A stretch of DNA of 64,000 nucleotides, taken from positions 800,001-864,000 of the forward strand of contig JAXHLW010000013.1 in NCBI GenBank assembly GCA_034521815.1, in the 5' to 3' direction. The stretch comes from Trueperaceae bacterium (GTDB taxonomy: Bacteria; Deinococcota; Deinococci; Deinococcales; Trueperaceae). Below, in pieces: positions 16,596-26,097 of this stretch. Position numbers and translations under genes: made by a program. The notes under the pieces were generated by a model. That model did no database searches. It was given only the letters and a program-made list of their open reading frames with translations, and was not told where the DNA came from. How positions within the stretch are numbered: position 1 is the stretch's first letter; the number at the start of each line of letters is the position of its first letter.

Positions 16596-17272
16596 GACGC
16601 GTCGTCCGGACCCGCCGGCGTCAGTCGACACGACGCGACGACCCCGTCGTGCTCGACGATCGCCGCGCCGTCGACCTCGGCGAGCAGGGTGCCGTGACAG
16701 AGCAGCAGGTCGGCGCCCGCCGTGCCGCGCAGCGCGACGAACGGCCACGGGGTGCCGCGCGCCTGCACGACGGCGCTGCCGTCGTCGCGTCGCGTGGTGA
16801 CCGCGTCGGTGGCGGGCGCCTGGAGAAGCTGCCAGCGACCGCTCTGGTAGCGGACGACGCCAGGAACACCGGCGACCTCGACATCGAACGAGGCGACGCC
16901 TGGACCGCGCTGCCGCCATTCGCCGGGTGCGACGAAGCCGATCTCCCGCTCCAGGCACCCCTCGGTCGGCGCTCCCGGCGTCCGCTCGACCGCCACCGCC
17001 TCACGCACGGCCCAGCCTGCGAGCAGGGTCGCGAACACCTCGGCGTCGGCGCGTTCGTGGAAGCAGCCGACGCGGACGCGCACGTACTGCAAGCCGCGCG
17101 ACATCGTGTACTCCGTGTAGGCGTCGAACCCGAGGCGACCGAGGTCCGCGGCGACCGACCGGGCCGCGCGAAGGTCGCGGATCGCGAGGGTCTGGACCGT
17201 CCAGCTCTCGGCCGCCGCCCATCCGGCCAGCACGACCAGCATGATCGAGAGCCGTTGCGCGACGAAGGTCAC
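16592..17272 (-). CDS. Secreted SPOR-like domain protein
   Basis: Signal peptide (LVVLAGWAAA), WTVQ...L.RLGFDAY...VRVRVGCF SPOR-like pattern; overlaps both the hisH stop and the rapZ start. Confidence 0.55.
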   Translation of the reverse strand: MTFVAQRLSIMLVVLAGWAAAESWTVQTLAIRDLRAARSVAADLGRLGFDAYTEYTMSRGLQYVRVRVGCFHERADAEVFATLLAGWAVREAVAVERTPGAPTEGCLEREIGFVAPGEWRQRGPGVASFDVEVAGVPGVVRYQSGRWQLLQAPATDAVTTRRDDGSAVVQARGTPWPFVALRGTAGADLLLCHGTLLAEVDGAAIVEHDGVVASCRLTPAGPDDAS

Positions 17273-17904
17273 GACGCCACGCCCAGCGCCGCGCGCGCCG
17301 CGTCGCCGAACGCCCGCAGGATCCGCAGGCCGGCGCGTTGGCTCTTCTCGGGGTGGAACTGCGTGGCGTGCACCGAGCCACGACTCACGGCGGAGAGGAA
17401 CTCGACGTCGCCGTAGCGCGTTCGTCCGCCGACCAGGCCCGGCTCGTCGAAGTCGACCCAGTACGAGTTCGCGAAGTAGGCGTGGAACCCATCGGGAACG
17501 CCAGAGAGCAGGGCCGGATCGCCGACCTTCCACACCCGGTTCCATCCCATCTGGGGCACGCTCGGACCGTCCTGCGGAAACCGCCGGACCCGGCCGGACA
17601 AGACGCCCAGCCCCGGCACGTCGGGCGCCTCCTCGGAGCCTTCCATCAACAGCTGCAGACCCACGCAGATGCCCAGGAACGGCCGATCGGCCGCGACGTG
17701 GGCGCGCACCAGCGGCTCGAACCCGCTCGCGGCGAACGACGCCATCACCTGGCCGAAGTGTCCCTGCCCCGGCAGCACCAGCACGTCGGCACCATCGGCC
17801 TGGGCGGGGTCGGATACCGTCTCGGCCGCCAGGCCCGCCACGCCGAGCGCCTTGTCGACGCTGTGCAGGTTGCCGGCCCCGTAATCGATCAGGACCGTAC
17901 GCAC
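17269..17904 (-). CDS. hisH: Imidazole glycerol phosphate synthase glutaminase subunit
   Basis: IDYGAGNLHSV, LPGQG, LGICVGLQ, PQMGWN, QFHPEKS. Confidence 0.95.
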   Translation of the reverse strand: MRTVLIDYGAGNLHSVDKALGVAGLAAETVSDPAQADGADVLVLPGQGHFGQVMASFAASGFEPLVRAHVAADRPFLGICVGLQLLMEGSEEAPDVPGLGVLSGRVRRFPQDGPSVPQMGWNRVWKVGDPALLSGVPDGFHAYFANSYWVDFDEPGLVGGRTRYGDVEFLSAVSRGSVHATQFHPEKSQRAGLRILRAFGDAARAALGVAS

Positions 17905-17905
17905 C

Positions 17906-18487
17906 TCAGAGGACCCCCTTGGTGCTCGGAAGCTCGTCGCCTCGCACGCGTACCGCGTCACGGAGCGCACGGGCGAACGCCTTCGTGATCGCCTCGCAGA
18001 CGTGGTGCGTCTCGACCCCGGCCAGCACGCGCACGTGAACCGTGGCGCCGGCGTGGTTCGCGAAGCCGCGGAGCAGCTCTCGCAGATGATGCGCGTGGAA
18101 GCCGTGCGCGTCGCCTTCGTACCCGGCCGGATCGAACGCGAGGAACGGTCGGCCGCTCAGGTCGAGCACGACCTGGGCCAGCGTCTCGTCCATCGGGACC
18201 CAGGCGTGGCCGTACCGCTCGATGCCACGCGACTCGCCCAGGGCGCGACGGAGCGCCTGACCCAGAACGATGCCGACGTCCTCGGCCAGGTGGTGCACGT
18301 CGACGGTGTCGGCGTCGCCGTGCGCGCGGACCTCGAGCCCCACGCTTCCGTGCCGGCCCACCTGGTCCAGCAGGTGCGACAGGAAGCCGTGCCCGACGTC
18401 CAGCACGACGTCGCCGCCATCGAGGTCGAGCGACGTGCGGACGTCGGTCTCTCGCGTCACGCGGTGGACCTCGGCGCGCCTAGCCAC
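17906..18487 (-). CDS. hisB: Imidazoleglycerol-phosphate dehydratase
   Basis: RVTRETD, DVHHLAED, PMDE, DLSGRP, HHVCEA, PSTKGVL. Confidence 0.95.
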   Translation of the reverse strand: MARRAEVHRVTRETDVRTSLDLDGGDVVLDVGHGFLSHLLDQVGRHGSVGLEVRAHGDADTVDVHHLAEDVGIVLGQALRRALGESRGIERYGHAWVPMDETLAQVVLDLSGRPFLAFDPAGYEGDAHGFHAHHLRELLRGFANHAGATVHVRVLAGVETHHVCEAITKAFARALRDAVRVRGDELPSTKGVL

Positions 18488-19610
18488 GGGCGGCCTCGGA
18501 TGGGGCGGCCTCGGATGGGGCCTCGGATGGATCGGATCGGCGACGGGCCGTCAGAGCCCGCTCGGCGGCCGCGAGGAACGCGTCGTCGTCCGCCTCGCTG
18601 CCCACCGTCACCCGCAGACATCCGCCCAAGCCCGGCAGGTGATCCTGGCGTCGGACGAGGACCCCTTCGTCCAGGAACGCCCGGTGAGCGGCCTCGGCGT
18701 CGGGCACGCGAAACAGCAGGAAGTTCGTGACGGACGGGTACACGGTCACCTCCGGATGGGCCGCGAGCGCCTCCCGGACACGTTCGCGCTCGCGGCGCGC
18801 CGTCGCGATGCGGCGCTCGCGGGCGGCGGCAGCCTCGTCGTCGGCCAGCACCACCTCGGCCACGGCGGCCTGGAGCGCGGACACGTCGAACGGAAGAAGC
18901 ACCTTTCCGACCTGCTTGGCGGTGTCCGGATGCGCGAGGGCGTAGCCCAAGCGCACCCCTCCAAGGGCGTCCGCCTTGCTGAACGTCCGGAGGGCCACGC
19001 GGTCCGGACGGCCGCGGATCTCGTCCAGGCGGTGAACACCGGCGTACGGCCAGTACGCCTCGTCGATCACGACGGTCCAGTCGTGCCGGGACGCGGCCTC
19101 CAGCACCGCCGCGACGGCGTCGTCGTCCAGCCGGTTTCCGGTGGGCGCGGCCGGATCTGCGAGGAACACGACGCCCGGGCCGCGGCGCAGCTCCCGCGTG
19201 AGCGCCGGCGCGTCCAGGGCGAACCCGTCTGGACTCAGCGGCACCTCGGACAGCTCGACGCCCAGCAGGCGCGCTTGCGAGGCGTACACCGCGAAGGTGG
19301 GCGAGACGGTGAGCACGCGCCGACCGAGGCCAGCGGCGATCACGAGCGCTTGGATCAGCACGTTCGAGCCCGGAGCGACCACCACGCCGTCCGGGTCCCA
19401 GCCATCGCGCTCGGCGATCGCGGCTGCGACGGTGTGGGCGCGGAGCTCGGGGTAGCGATGCCAGTCGACCTCGCGCAGCCGGTCCAGCACGCGCTCGCGC
19501 AGCGGCTCGGCGAGATCCGCGGGCGCTTCGTTCTGGTCCAGCTTGACCCGGTGGGGCCAGGCCCGGAACACGTACGCCGGGGCGTCCCGAACCTCGTCAC
19601 GGATGCTCAT
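18480..19610 (-). CDS. hisC: Histidinol-phosphate aminotransferase
   Basis: KLDQNE, RYP, GSN, DEAY, RTFSKA..LGGVRLGY, NFLL, LRVTVG. TAGCAT lies 7 nt before the ATG. Confidence 0.93.
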   Translation of the reverse strand: MSIRDEVRDAPAYVFRAWPHRVKLDQNEAPADLAEPLRERVLDRLREVDWHRYPELRAHTVAAAIAERDGWDPDGVVVAPGSNVLIQALVIAAGLGRRVLTVSPTFAVYASQARLLGVELSEVPLSPDGFALDAPALTRELRRGPGVVFLADPAAPTGNRLDDDAVAAVLEAASRHDWTVVIDEAYWPYAGVHRLDEIRGRPDRVALRTFSKADALGGVRLGYALAHPDTAKQVGKVLLPFDVSALQAAVAEVVLADDEAAAARERRIATARRERERVREALAAHPEVTVYPSVTNFLLFRVPDAEAAHRAFLDEGVLVRRQDHLPGLGGCLRVTVGSEADDDAFLAAAERALTARRRSDPSEAPSEAAPSEAARG

Positions 19611-19686
19611 GGCGACCATGCTAGCAGGCGCCCGACCGGGCGGCGTGCCGTCCCTGGCTCACCTTCCGGGTCGAGGCGGTCGCTCC

Positions 19687-21888
19687 TCACGGTGCCGAGT
19701 CCGGGACCTGCCGCTCCGCCCGCTCGCGCGTGTCGGCGATCGCGGCGTCCAGCGACGGATCGAGGCTCACCGCGCGCTCCCAGGCGTCCAACGCGTCCTG
19801 GTACCGCGTCAGGCCGTAGAACGTCAGGCCGAGGTTCAGGTGAGCGCGGGCGTTGTCGGGAGCGACGCGGACGGCGTCGCGAAGCGTCGGCAGCGCACGG
19901 TCGTACCGTCCGGTCTGGAGCCAGGCGAATCCGAGGTTGTTCAGGATCGTGCCGTTCTCGGGAAGCGCCTCGCGGGCGATCTCGTACAGCTCGATCGCGT
20001 CGCCTGGGCGGCCGTCTCGTTGCAAGGCGTTCGCCAGGTAGAACGCGATCAGCGGCGCGTCGCCGGACGTCGCGTCGTACGCCGTTCGCAGCTCGGTCAC
20101 CGCCTCGGCGTTGCGGCCTTGCTCCAGGTGCGTCAGTCCGCGATCGAACGCCGCACGCGCCTCGCGCGGAAGCGCGTCGTTCTCGGCCCCGACGTCGTCG
20201 GCGTCGCCCGCGATCCGGGCACGCTCGTCCAGCCGCCTGACGGTGCGCAGCGCCAGCGGCTGCTCCTCGTCCAGCGTCAGCGCGCGCTCGAGGGCGTCCC
20301 GCGCCTCGTCGAACCGTCCAGCTCCGGCCAACGCCGTTCCGTACACCGCCCACACGTCGGCATCGTCCTGAGCCTCGGTCGCGTCGGGGGCTAGCTCCTC
20401 GGCCGCTGCACGGGGCAGGCCGGCCTCGAGCAACGCCTGCGCGAGGTTGAAGCGCACCGTCGCGCTCGCGTCCGCGGCGCCGTCCAGCACCGAGCGCGCC
20501 TCGTCGGTGCGCTCTTGGGCCACCAGGGCCAGCGCGAGCGCGTTCGCGACTCGCGGGTCGTCGGGCGCGTCGTCGTAGAACGGTCGCAGACGGGCCTCCG
20601 CCGCTGGCGCGTCCCCACCTTCGCGCAGGAGGCGCGCCTCGGCGATCGCCAGGCCGGCGTCGTCCGGGAACGCCTCGGCGCCCTCGCGAAGGAAGGCCAG
20701 CGCCTCGGCCTCGCGGTCGGCCGGCAGCTCCGCGGCCAGGGCGTACAGACCGGGCCTACGCGCCAGCGGCTCGGCGCTCGTGTCGCGCAGGTACGCGAGC
20801 GCACCCGCCGCGTCGCCCGCCTCGAGCGCCGCCTCGACCACGGCCGCGTGCAGCTCCACCGAGTCGGGCAGCGCTTCGGCCGCGCTCCGCAGCGTCTGCA
20901 GGCCGCGGGCGCCGCCGAGCGCCTGGGCGATGGCGACGTGCGCTTCGAGCAGCCGCGGGTAGGCGTCGAGCGCTCGGCGGTACTCCCGCAGCGCGTCGTC
21001 GCCGCCGAGCAGCCCCGCGAGACCGGCCCGCGCGACCGCATGGGCCGGGTTCCGCTCGAGGGCCGCACGGTACGCCGCTTCCGCCGCCTGCCGGTCGCCG
21101 GCCCGGAACGCCGCGACGCCGAGCACCGTCCACGCTTCGACGTCGTCCGGCTCGGCGTCGGTCGCCGCCCGCGCCCGCTCGAGCGCGAGCTCGTGATCAC
21201 CGACCAGCGACGCGGCCCGTGCCTGCTCGGCCATCAGCCAGCTCGAGTCGGGAGCCAGCTCCGCTGCGGCCCGCAAGGCGGCCGCGTCGGGCACCGCCAG
21301 ACGCGACGCCGCGAGCGACGCGGCTTGCAGGCCCTCGACGCTGGGGGCGTTCGCGGCGACGCGCCGTGCAGCGTCCTGGTCCGCAGCCGAGACGTCGAGG
21401 CCGAGCACCTCGATCGCGGCCGTCACCACGCGTGGCATCGCCTCGGACGGAACGCTGGGGACGGTCACCGTGCTCGACGCCTCGATGCCCGCCGGACCGT
21501 AGCGCTCCACCGTGACGTCCAGACCGGACGGGGCGGAGGCGACCCGTCCGCCGAGCAGGGCGTCGGCTCCGAATCGATCACGCAGCACCGTGGCCGGATC
21601 GAGGCCGGCCCGTGCGGCCTGATCGGCCAGCACGACCGGATCGCCGATCGGGGGCACGAACACGCCACCGAGGCGGTTCAGCGAGCGCTGCAATCCGGCG
21701 GCCAGGCCGATCTGCCACGAGGCGAGCTCGGCCGGTCCTTGGAACGGCACCACCACCACGCGGGTCACGCCGTCTGAAGCCGTGTCCCGAGCGGTGTCCT
21801 GAGCGAAGGCCGTGGCGAGGACGAGCGCCAGGAGCGTCGCCAGCACGGCAGGAAGGCGGAAGGTTCGGTGAAGCATGGGCGTCGTCAT
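19687..21888 (-). CDS. Secreted tetratricopeptide repeat protein
   Basis: Signal peptide (ATAFA), N-terminal VVVVPF alpha/beta domain, many TPR-like repeats (AWTVLG, ILNNLGFAW, AHLNLG). Confidence 0.85.
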   Translation of the reverse strand: MTTPMLHRTFRLPAVLATLLALVLATAFAQDTARDTASDGVTRVVVVPFQGPAELASWQIGLAAGLQRSLNRLGGVFVPPIGDPVVLADQAARAGLDPATVLRDRFGADALLGGRVASAPSGLDVTVERYGPAGIEASSTVTVPSVPSEAMPRVVTAAIEVLGLDVSAADQDAARRVAANAPSVEGLQAASLAASRLAVPDAAALRAAAELAPDSSWLMAEQARAASLVGDHELALERARAATDAEPDDVEAWTVLGVAAFRAGDRQAAEAAYRAALERNPAHAVARAGLAGLLGGDDALREYRRALDAYPRLLEAHVAIAQALGGARGLQTLRSAAEALPDSVELHAAVVEAALEAGDAAGALAYLRDTSAEPLARRPGLYALAAELPADREAEALAFLREGAEAFPDDAGLAIAEARLLREGGDAPAAEARLRPFYDDAPDDPRVANALALALVAQERTDEARSVLDGAADASATVRFNLAQALLEAGLPRAAAEELAPDATEAQDDADVWAVYGTALAGAGRFDEARDALERALTLDEEQPLALRTVRRLDERARIAGDADDVGAENDALPREARAAFDRGLTHLEQGRNAEAVTELRTAYDATSGDAPLIAFYLANALQRDGRPGDAIELYEIAREALPENGTILNNLGFAWLQTGRYDRALPTLRDAVRVAPDNARAHLNLGLTFYGLTRYQDALDAWERAVSLDPSLDAAIADTRERAERQVPDSAP

Positions 21889-21928
21889 CGCGGCGCAGTC
21901 TAGCCCGCGCGCAGGTGAGGACCCTGAA

Positions 21929-22369
21929 TCAGGGCGACCCGCCGTCGCCGGGCCGCTCGTCGGGCTTGGGCAGCTCGAACGCGTCCGGGAGAAGCTCGCG
22001 GACGCTGGTGGCGCGCCAGACGCCCGCCTCGTTCACCAGCCACACGCGGGCGTCGGCGCCGAACTCGAACAGGACCTGCCGACAGGCGCCGCACGGAGAG
22101 GCGGGGACGTCGGCGCTGCTCACCACCACGATCTCCTCGATCGTGCGTCCCCCGGCGCTGGCCATCGCCTGCACGGCCGACTGTTCGGCACAGCGGCCGA
22201 GCCCGTACGAGGCGTTCTCGATGTTCGCGCCGGCGAAGACCTCGCCCCGGTCGGTCCGGAGCGCGGCACCGACCGGAAAGCCCGAGTACGGCACGTACGC
22301 GTTGCCGTGCGAGCGCCAGGCGGCCTCGGCGAGGTCGGTCGGCGGCGGAGAGGACCGATCGGTGGTCAT
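21929..22369 (-). CDS. cdd: Cytidine deaminase
   Basis: AYVPYSGFPVGAAL, NIENASYG..CAE, PCGACRQ. Confidence 0.95.
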   Translation of the reverse strand: MTTDRSSPPPTDLAEAAWRSHGNAYVPYSGFPVGAALRTDRGEVFAGANIENASYGLGRCAEQSAVQAMASAGGRTIEEIVVVSSADVPASPCGACRQVLFEFGADARVWLVNEAGVWRATSVRELLPDAFELPKPDERPGDGGSP

Positions 22370-22746
22370 GGCGTTCCCTTCGACAGGCGGTCGGCCAGCG
22401 GCGGACCGAGGTGGACGAGACCGACGGCCACGGCGGTGGCCGCGGCGACGAGCACGGCGCCGGCCGAGACGTCCTTGGCGCGCGCCGCGAGCGGGTGGTG
22501 GTCGGGGGAGACGAGGTCGACGATCGCCTCGAGCACCGTATTCATCAGCTCCGTGACGAGGACCAGACCGCAGACCAGAAGGACGGGGACCAGCGACACG
22601 TTCAGCCAGATCGTCGCGGCGATGGCGGCCACGCCGATCGCCGACTCGATCCGAAGATTCGCCTGGTCGCGCCACGCCACCGCGAGGCCGCGGAGCGCGA
22701 AGCGCAGGCCGATCGGATCGCCGTGGCCCTTTCGCGGTCTCGTCAT
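22366..22746 (-). CDS. dgkA: Diacylglycerol/undecaprenol kinase
   Basis: ELMNTVLE..VDL, AKDVSAGAVL; lies between ybeY and cdd. Confidence 0.9.
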   Translation of the reverse strand: MTRPRKGHGDPIGLRFALRGLAVAWRDQANLRIESAIGVAAIAATIWLNVSLVPVLLVCGLVLVTELMNTVLEAIVDLVSPDHHPLAARAKDVSAGAVLVAAATAVAVGLVHLGPPLADRLSKGTP

Positions 22747-22797
22747 CGGTCCCTCATCGTCGATCCCTCAATCGATCGCTCACGCATCCTCGCTCGC

Positions 22798-23229
22798 TCA
22801 TCGGCCCGGCCATTCGAGGATTCGCCGTTGCGCATCGAGGAACGGCGTCCACGACGCTTCGTCGGGATGATCGAAGCCCCGCAGGTGCGTCAGGCCGTGG
22901 GCGGCGAGGACCAGCACCTCCTCGACCGTTCCATGACCGTGGCCGGGCGCCTGCCGCGCTGCGGCGTCGAGGTCGATCAGCACGTCGCCCAGGTGGGCGA
23001 CCTCGGGAACGCCGACGTCGTCCGGCTCCGAGCTGGGGTAGGACAGCACGTCGGTGGGTCCCGGCACGCCGAGGTCGGCCTCGTTGCGTTCGGCCATCGC
23101 CTCGTCCCCCAGAAGCACCACCGTCACCTCGCGCTCGCTCAGCCCTTCCGCCTCGAGGAGCGCCTGCAACGCTCCCTCGAGACGATCAAGTGCCGGGAAG
23201 CGCTGCGTCTCGCCTAGGATCTCCACCAC
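22798..23229 (-). CDS. ybeY: rRNA maturation endoribonuclease YbeY
   Basis: PTDVLSY, LGDVLI, HGLTHLRGFDH. Confidence 0.93.
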   Translation of the reverse strand: MVEILGETQRFPALDRLEGALQALLEAEGLSEREVTVVLLGDEAMAERNEADLGVPGPTDVLSYPSSEPDDVGVPEVAHLGDVLIDLDAAARQAPGHGHGTVEEVLVLAAHGLTHLRGFDHPDEASWTPFLDAQRRILEWPGR

Positions 23230-25150
23230 GTTTGAGCCCCTTGATCTCCTCGGCGCTGGGGTATCGCACGCGCCGGTGCAGCGACGCCGACATGACCCGC
23301 TCGAAGGTGTTGGCGATCGCGTCGAGGTCACGGAAGTTCAGCGGACTGTCGGACAGCTGGCCGTCCTGGAGTCGCTGCTCGATCAGGCGATCGATCATGG
23401 CGCGGATCGACCCTGGGTTCGGATCGGGCAAGGTGCGCGACGCCGACTCGACCGCGTCGGCCAGCATCAGCACGGCGGTCTCCTTGGTACGAGGCTTGGG
23501 CCCCGCGTAGCGGAAGTTGAGCTCGTCCAAGCGCTCGGTGTCTTCGAGCGCGCGCTTGTAGAAGTAGGCCAGCACGGTGGTGCCGTGGTGCTCGGCGGCG
23601 AACGGCTCCAGCGCCGGCGGCAGGCCGTGCTCGCGCAGCATCTCGACGCCGTCACGAACGTGGCTGGTGATGATCAGGTAGCTCAGGTGCGGACTGAGCC
23701 GGTCGTGCGGGTTCTCGCCGCTCGCCTGGTTCTCGGCGAAGAACTGCGGCCTCCTGAGCTTGCCGACGTCGTGGTAGAGGGCGCCGACGCGAGCCAGCAG
23801 GGCGTTGCCGCCGATCTGCTGGACCGCCTGCTCGGTCAGGCTCGCGATGATCTGGCTGTGCTGATAGGTGCCGGGCGCCTCGAGCACGAGCTTCTGCAGC
23901 AGCGGGCTGTGGGGCGAGGACAGCTCGATCAACCGGAAGTCGGTGAGGAACTCGAACATGCCCTCCGCGAGGGGGACCAGGCCCAGCGCCACGATGCCGG
24001 CCAGCACGCCGCCCGCCAGGTAGGAGGCGATGTCGGTCGCGGCGGGCAGCGGCGCCGTGCCGCCGTTCATCAGCTGGAGGAACACCAGCGTCGCGCCGCT
24101 GACCAGGCCGCCGGCGGAGCCGGCGATCAGCAGCGCCATCCGGTTGCGAACCACGCCTGCCAGCAACGTCGCGGCCAGGCCGCCCACCAGAACCGCCGCG
24201 GCGGACTGCAGCGGCGCGCCGGGAACCAGCAGGCCGACGGCGATCGCGAGCCAGCCGGCCCACAGCAGGGCGGCCACCTCGCCGAGCAGCGTGGCGACCA
24301 GCAGGGGAGCCAGCAGCACGAACACGAAGTCGCTGGACAGGTCCAGCGCGGCGCGCTGCACCACCAGCGTCGCCAGCGTCAGCCCGACCAGGAACGCGAA
24401 CTGGCGGCGACTCACGCGCCTGCGCAGCCCACGCGCCGCGTACGCCACGGGAAGCGCCAGCAGCGCGCCGACGAGCAGCGAGCCCAGAACGACGACGGCG
24501 GTCTGCCGAAGCTGTCGCGTGCGCGGATCGTACAGGCCGACCGCCTGGAGCGCCCTGAGCTGCTCCTCGCCGACCGCCTGGCCGGCCTGCACGATGACGT
24601 CGCCTTCGGCGAGCCGTCGCAGCACCGGCGAGACGGCCCCGGCGGCCGCGTCGCGGGCGGCGCGCGTCAGCGTCTCGTCGACGAACGCGGTCGGCATGAG
24701 TCGCTGATCGAGGATCAGCCTCGTGTCGCGCTGCCGATCGGTCGGCGCCGCCGCGACGGCCTCGTCGATGACGTCGTCGAGCTCCTCTTCGCGCACGCCG
24801 GAGGGATCCTGGTAGCGCCCGATCAGGGTGGTCGTCGTCTCGGGCGGCAGGGAGGCGGCGGTGACGGCCGAAAGGACCAGCTCCTGCACCTGGCCGTCGA
24901 CGCTGAAGATGGCGGGCACCTGGCTCCTGGCCGCCTGCCTGCGGCGCGCCGTGGCCAGCGGGTCGGCGACCTGCAGGTCCGACGGGGCGATGAACGTCTC
25001 GGGGCTGGGCTGGCCCACCTCGAGCGGGATCGCCTGCCTCTGGCCGTAGACGCTGTAGAGAAGCGCGGACAGGACCAGGACCGCGACCGCGTACGGCCAC
25101 GCCTGGGTAGGCGCGGGCCGTTCACGTCGCCGGCTGCGCGGCCTAGCCAT
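23186..25150 (-). CDS. 7TM-HD family phosphohydrolase (PgpH-like)
   Basis: Extracellular domain, about 7 TM helices, APGTYQHS, YHDVGK, HVRDG, HHGTT, MLADAVE. Confidence 0.9.
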   Translation of the reverse strand: MARPRSRRRERPAPTQAWPYAVAVLVLSALLYSVYGQRQAIPLEVGQPSPETFIAPSDLQVADPLATARRRQAARSQVPAIFSVDGQVQELVLSAVTAASLPPETTTTLIGRYQDPSGVREEELDDVIDEAVAAAPTDRQRDTRLILDQRLMPTAFVDETLTRAARDAAAGAVSPVLRRLAEGDVIVQAGQAVGEEQLRALQAVGLYDPRTRQLRQTAVVVLGSLLVGALLALPVAYAARGLRRRVSRRQFAFLVGLTLATLVVQRAALDLSSDFVFVLLAPLLVATLLGEVAALLWAGWLAIAVGLLVPGAPLQSAAAVLVGGLAATLLAGVVRNRMALLIAGSAGGLVSGATLVFLQLMNGGTAPLPAATDIASYLAGGVLAGIVALGLVPLAEGMFEFLTDFRLIELSSPHSPLLQKLVLEAPGTYQHSQIIASLTEQAVQQIGGNALLARVGALYHDVGKLRRPQFFAENQASGENPHDRLSPHLSYLIITSHVRDGVEMLREHGLPPALEPFAAEHHGTTVLAYFYKRALEDTERLDELNFRYAGPKPRTKETAVLMLADAVESASRTLPDPNPGSIRAMIDRLIEQRLQDGQLSDSPLNFRDLDAIANTFERVMSASLHRRVRYPSAEEIKGLKRGGDPRRDAALPGT

Positions 25151-25152
25151 CC

Positions 25153-26097
25153 TCAGTCCGCCAGCTCGTAGGCACGCACGATACGCGCGACGAGGGGGTG
25201 TCGGACGACGTCGCCCTTGTCGAACGCGACGAAGCCGATGCCGTCGATGTCCGCAAGGATGCGACGGGCCACGCGCAAGCCGCTGTCGACCGTGCCGGGC
25301 AGGTCGGTCTGCGTCACGTCGCCGGTGACGACGACGGTGCTCCCGAATCCCATGCGCGTCAGGAACATCTTCATCTGCTCCCCGGTCGTGTTCTGAGCCT
25401 CGTCGAGAATGATGAACGCATCGTTCAGGGTCCGCCCGCGCATGAACGCCAGCGGCGCGACCTCGACCACGCCCGACTCGAGGTACTGCTCGGCCCGCTC
25501 GGCCGGCAACATGTCGTACAGCGCGTCGTACAGCGGGCGAAGGTACGGATCGATCTTGGCCTGCAGATCGCCGGGCAGGAAGCCGAGCTTCTCGCCGGCC
25601 TCGACCGCCGGACGCGTCAGGATGATGCGCTTGACCTTCTTCGCCAGCAGCGCCTGGACCGCCATGGCGACCGCCAGGTAGGTCTTGCCGGTACCGGCCG
25701 GACCGATGCCGAACGTGATCGGATTCTTGGCGATCTCGGCCACGTAGCGGCGTTGGCCGGCGGTCTTGGGCTTGTGCCGACCGGGGAGCCGCGCGGCGGC
25801 CGACTCGGCCGCGGGAGAAATCTCCTCCGCAACGCCATCGAGCGCGGCCAGATCACCGTGCTCGAGCTCGGTGAGGCTCACGTCCCCTCCGCTGCGGATC
25901 GTGCCGAGGAGGGAACGGAACGTCCGCTCGGCCTCCTCGACCGCGGTGGCCTCCCCGCTCAGCCGGAGCTCGTCGCCGCGGGCGACGACCTTCGCGCCCA
26001 GGCGCCTGCGAAGCAGCTTGAGGTTCTCGTCGTTGTGGCCGAACAGGCTCATGGCCTCGGCTGGACTACGAAGTTTCAGCGTGACCGACGTGGCGAT
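25153..26097 (-). CDS. phoH: PhoH family ATPase (probable ATC start at 26097; first ATG at 26052)
   Basis: GPAGTGKT, RPAVEAGEKLGFLPG, AFMRGRT, DEAQN, GDVTQTD, VVRHPLV. Confidence 0.93.
   Translation of the reverse strand: MATSVTLKLRSPAEAMSLFGHNDENLKLLRRRLGAKVVARGDELRLSGEATAVEEAERTFRSLLGTIRSGGDVSLTELEHGDLAALDGVAEEISPAAESAAARLPGRHKPKTAGQRRYVAEIAKNPITFGIGPAGTGKTYLAVAMAVQALLAKKVKRIILTRPAVEAGEKLGFLPGDLQAKIDPYLRPLYDALYDMLPAERAEQYLESGVVEVAPLAFMRGRTLNDAFIILDEAQNTTGEQMKMFLTRMGFGSTVVVTGDVTQTDLPGTVDSGLRVARRILADIDGIGFVAFDKGDVVRHPLVARIVRAYELAD

Noticed and set aside
18490..18540. CCTCGGATGGG repeats at the hisC 3' end
   Set aside because: Short in-frame PSEA tail duplications with no sign of function.
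22747..22797. CTCATCG/GATC-rich spacer between ybeY and dgkA
   Set aside because: Degenerate low-complexity repeats with no consistent unit or structure.
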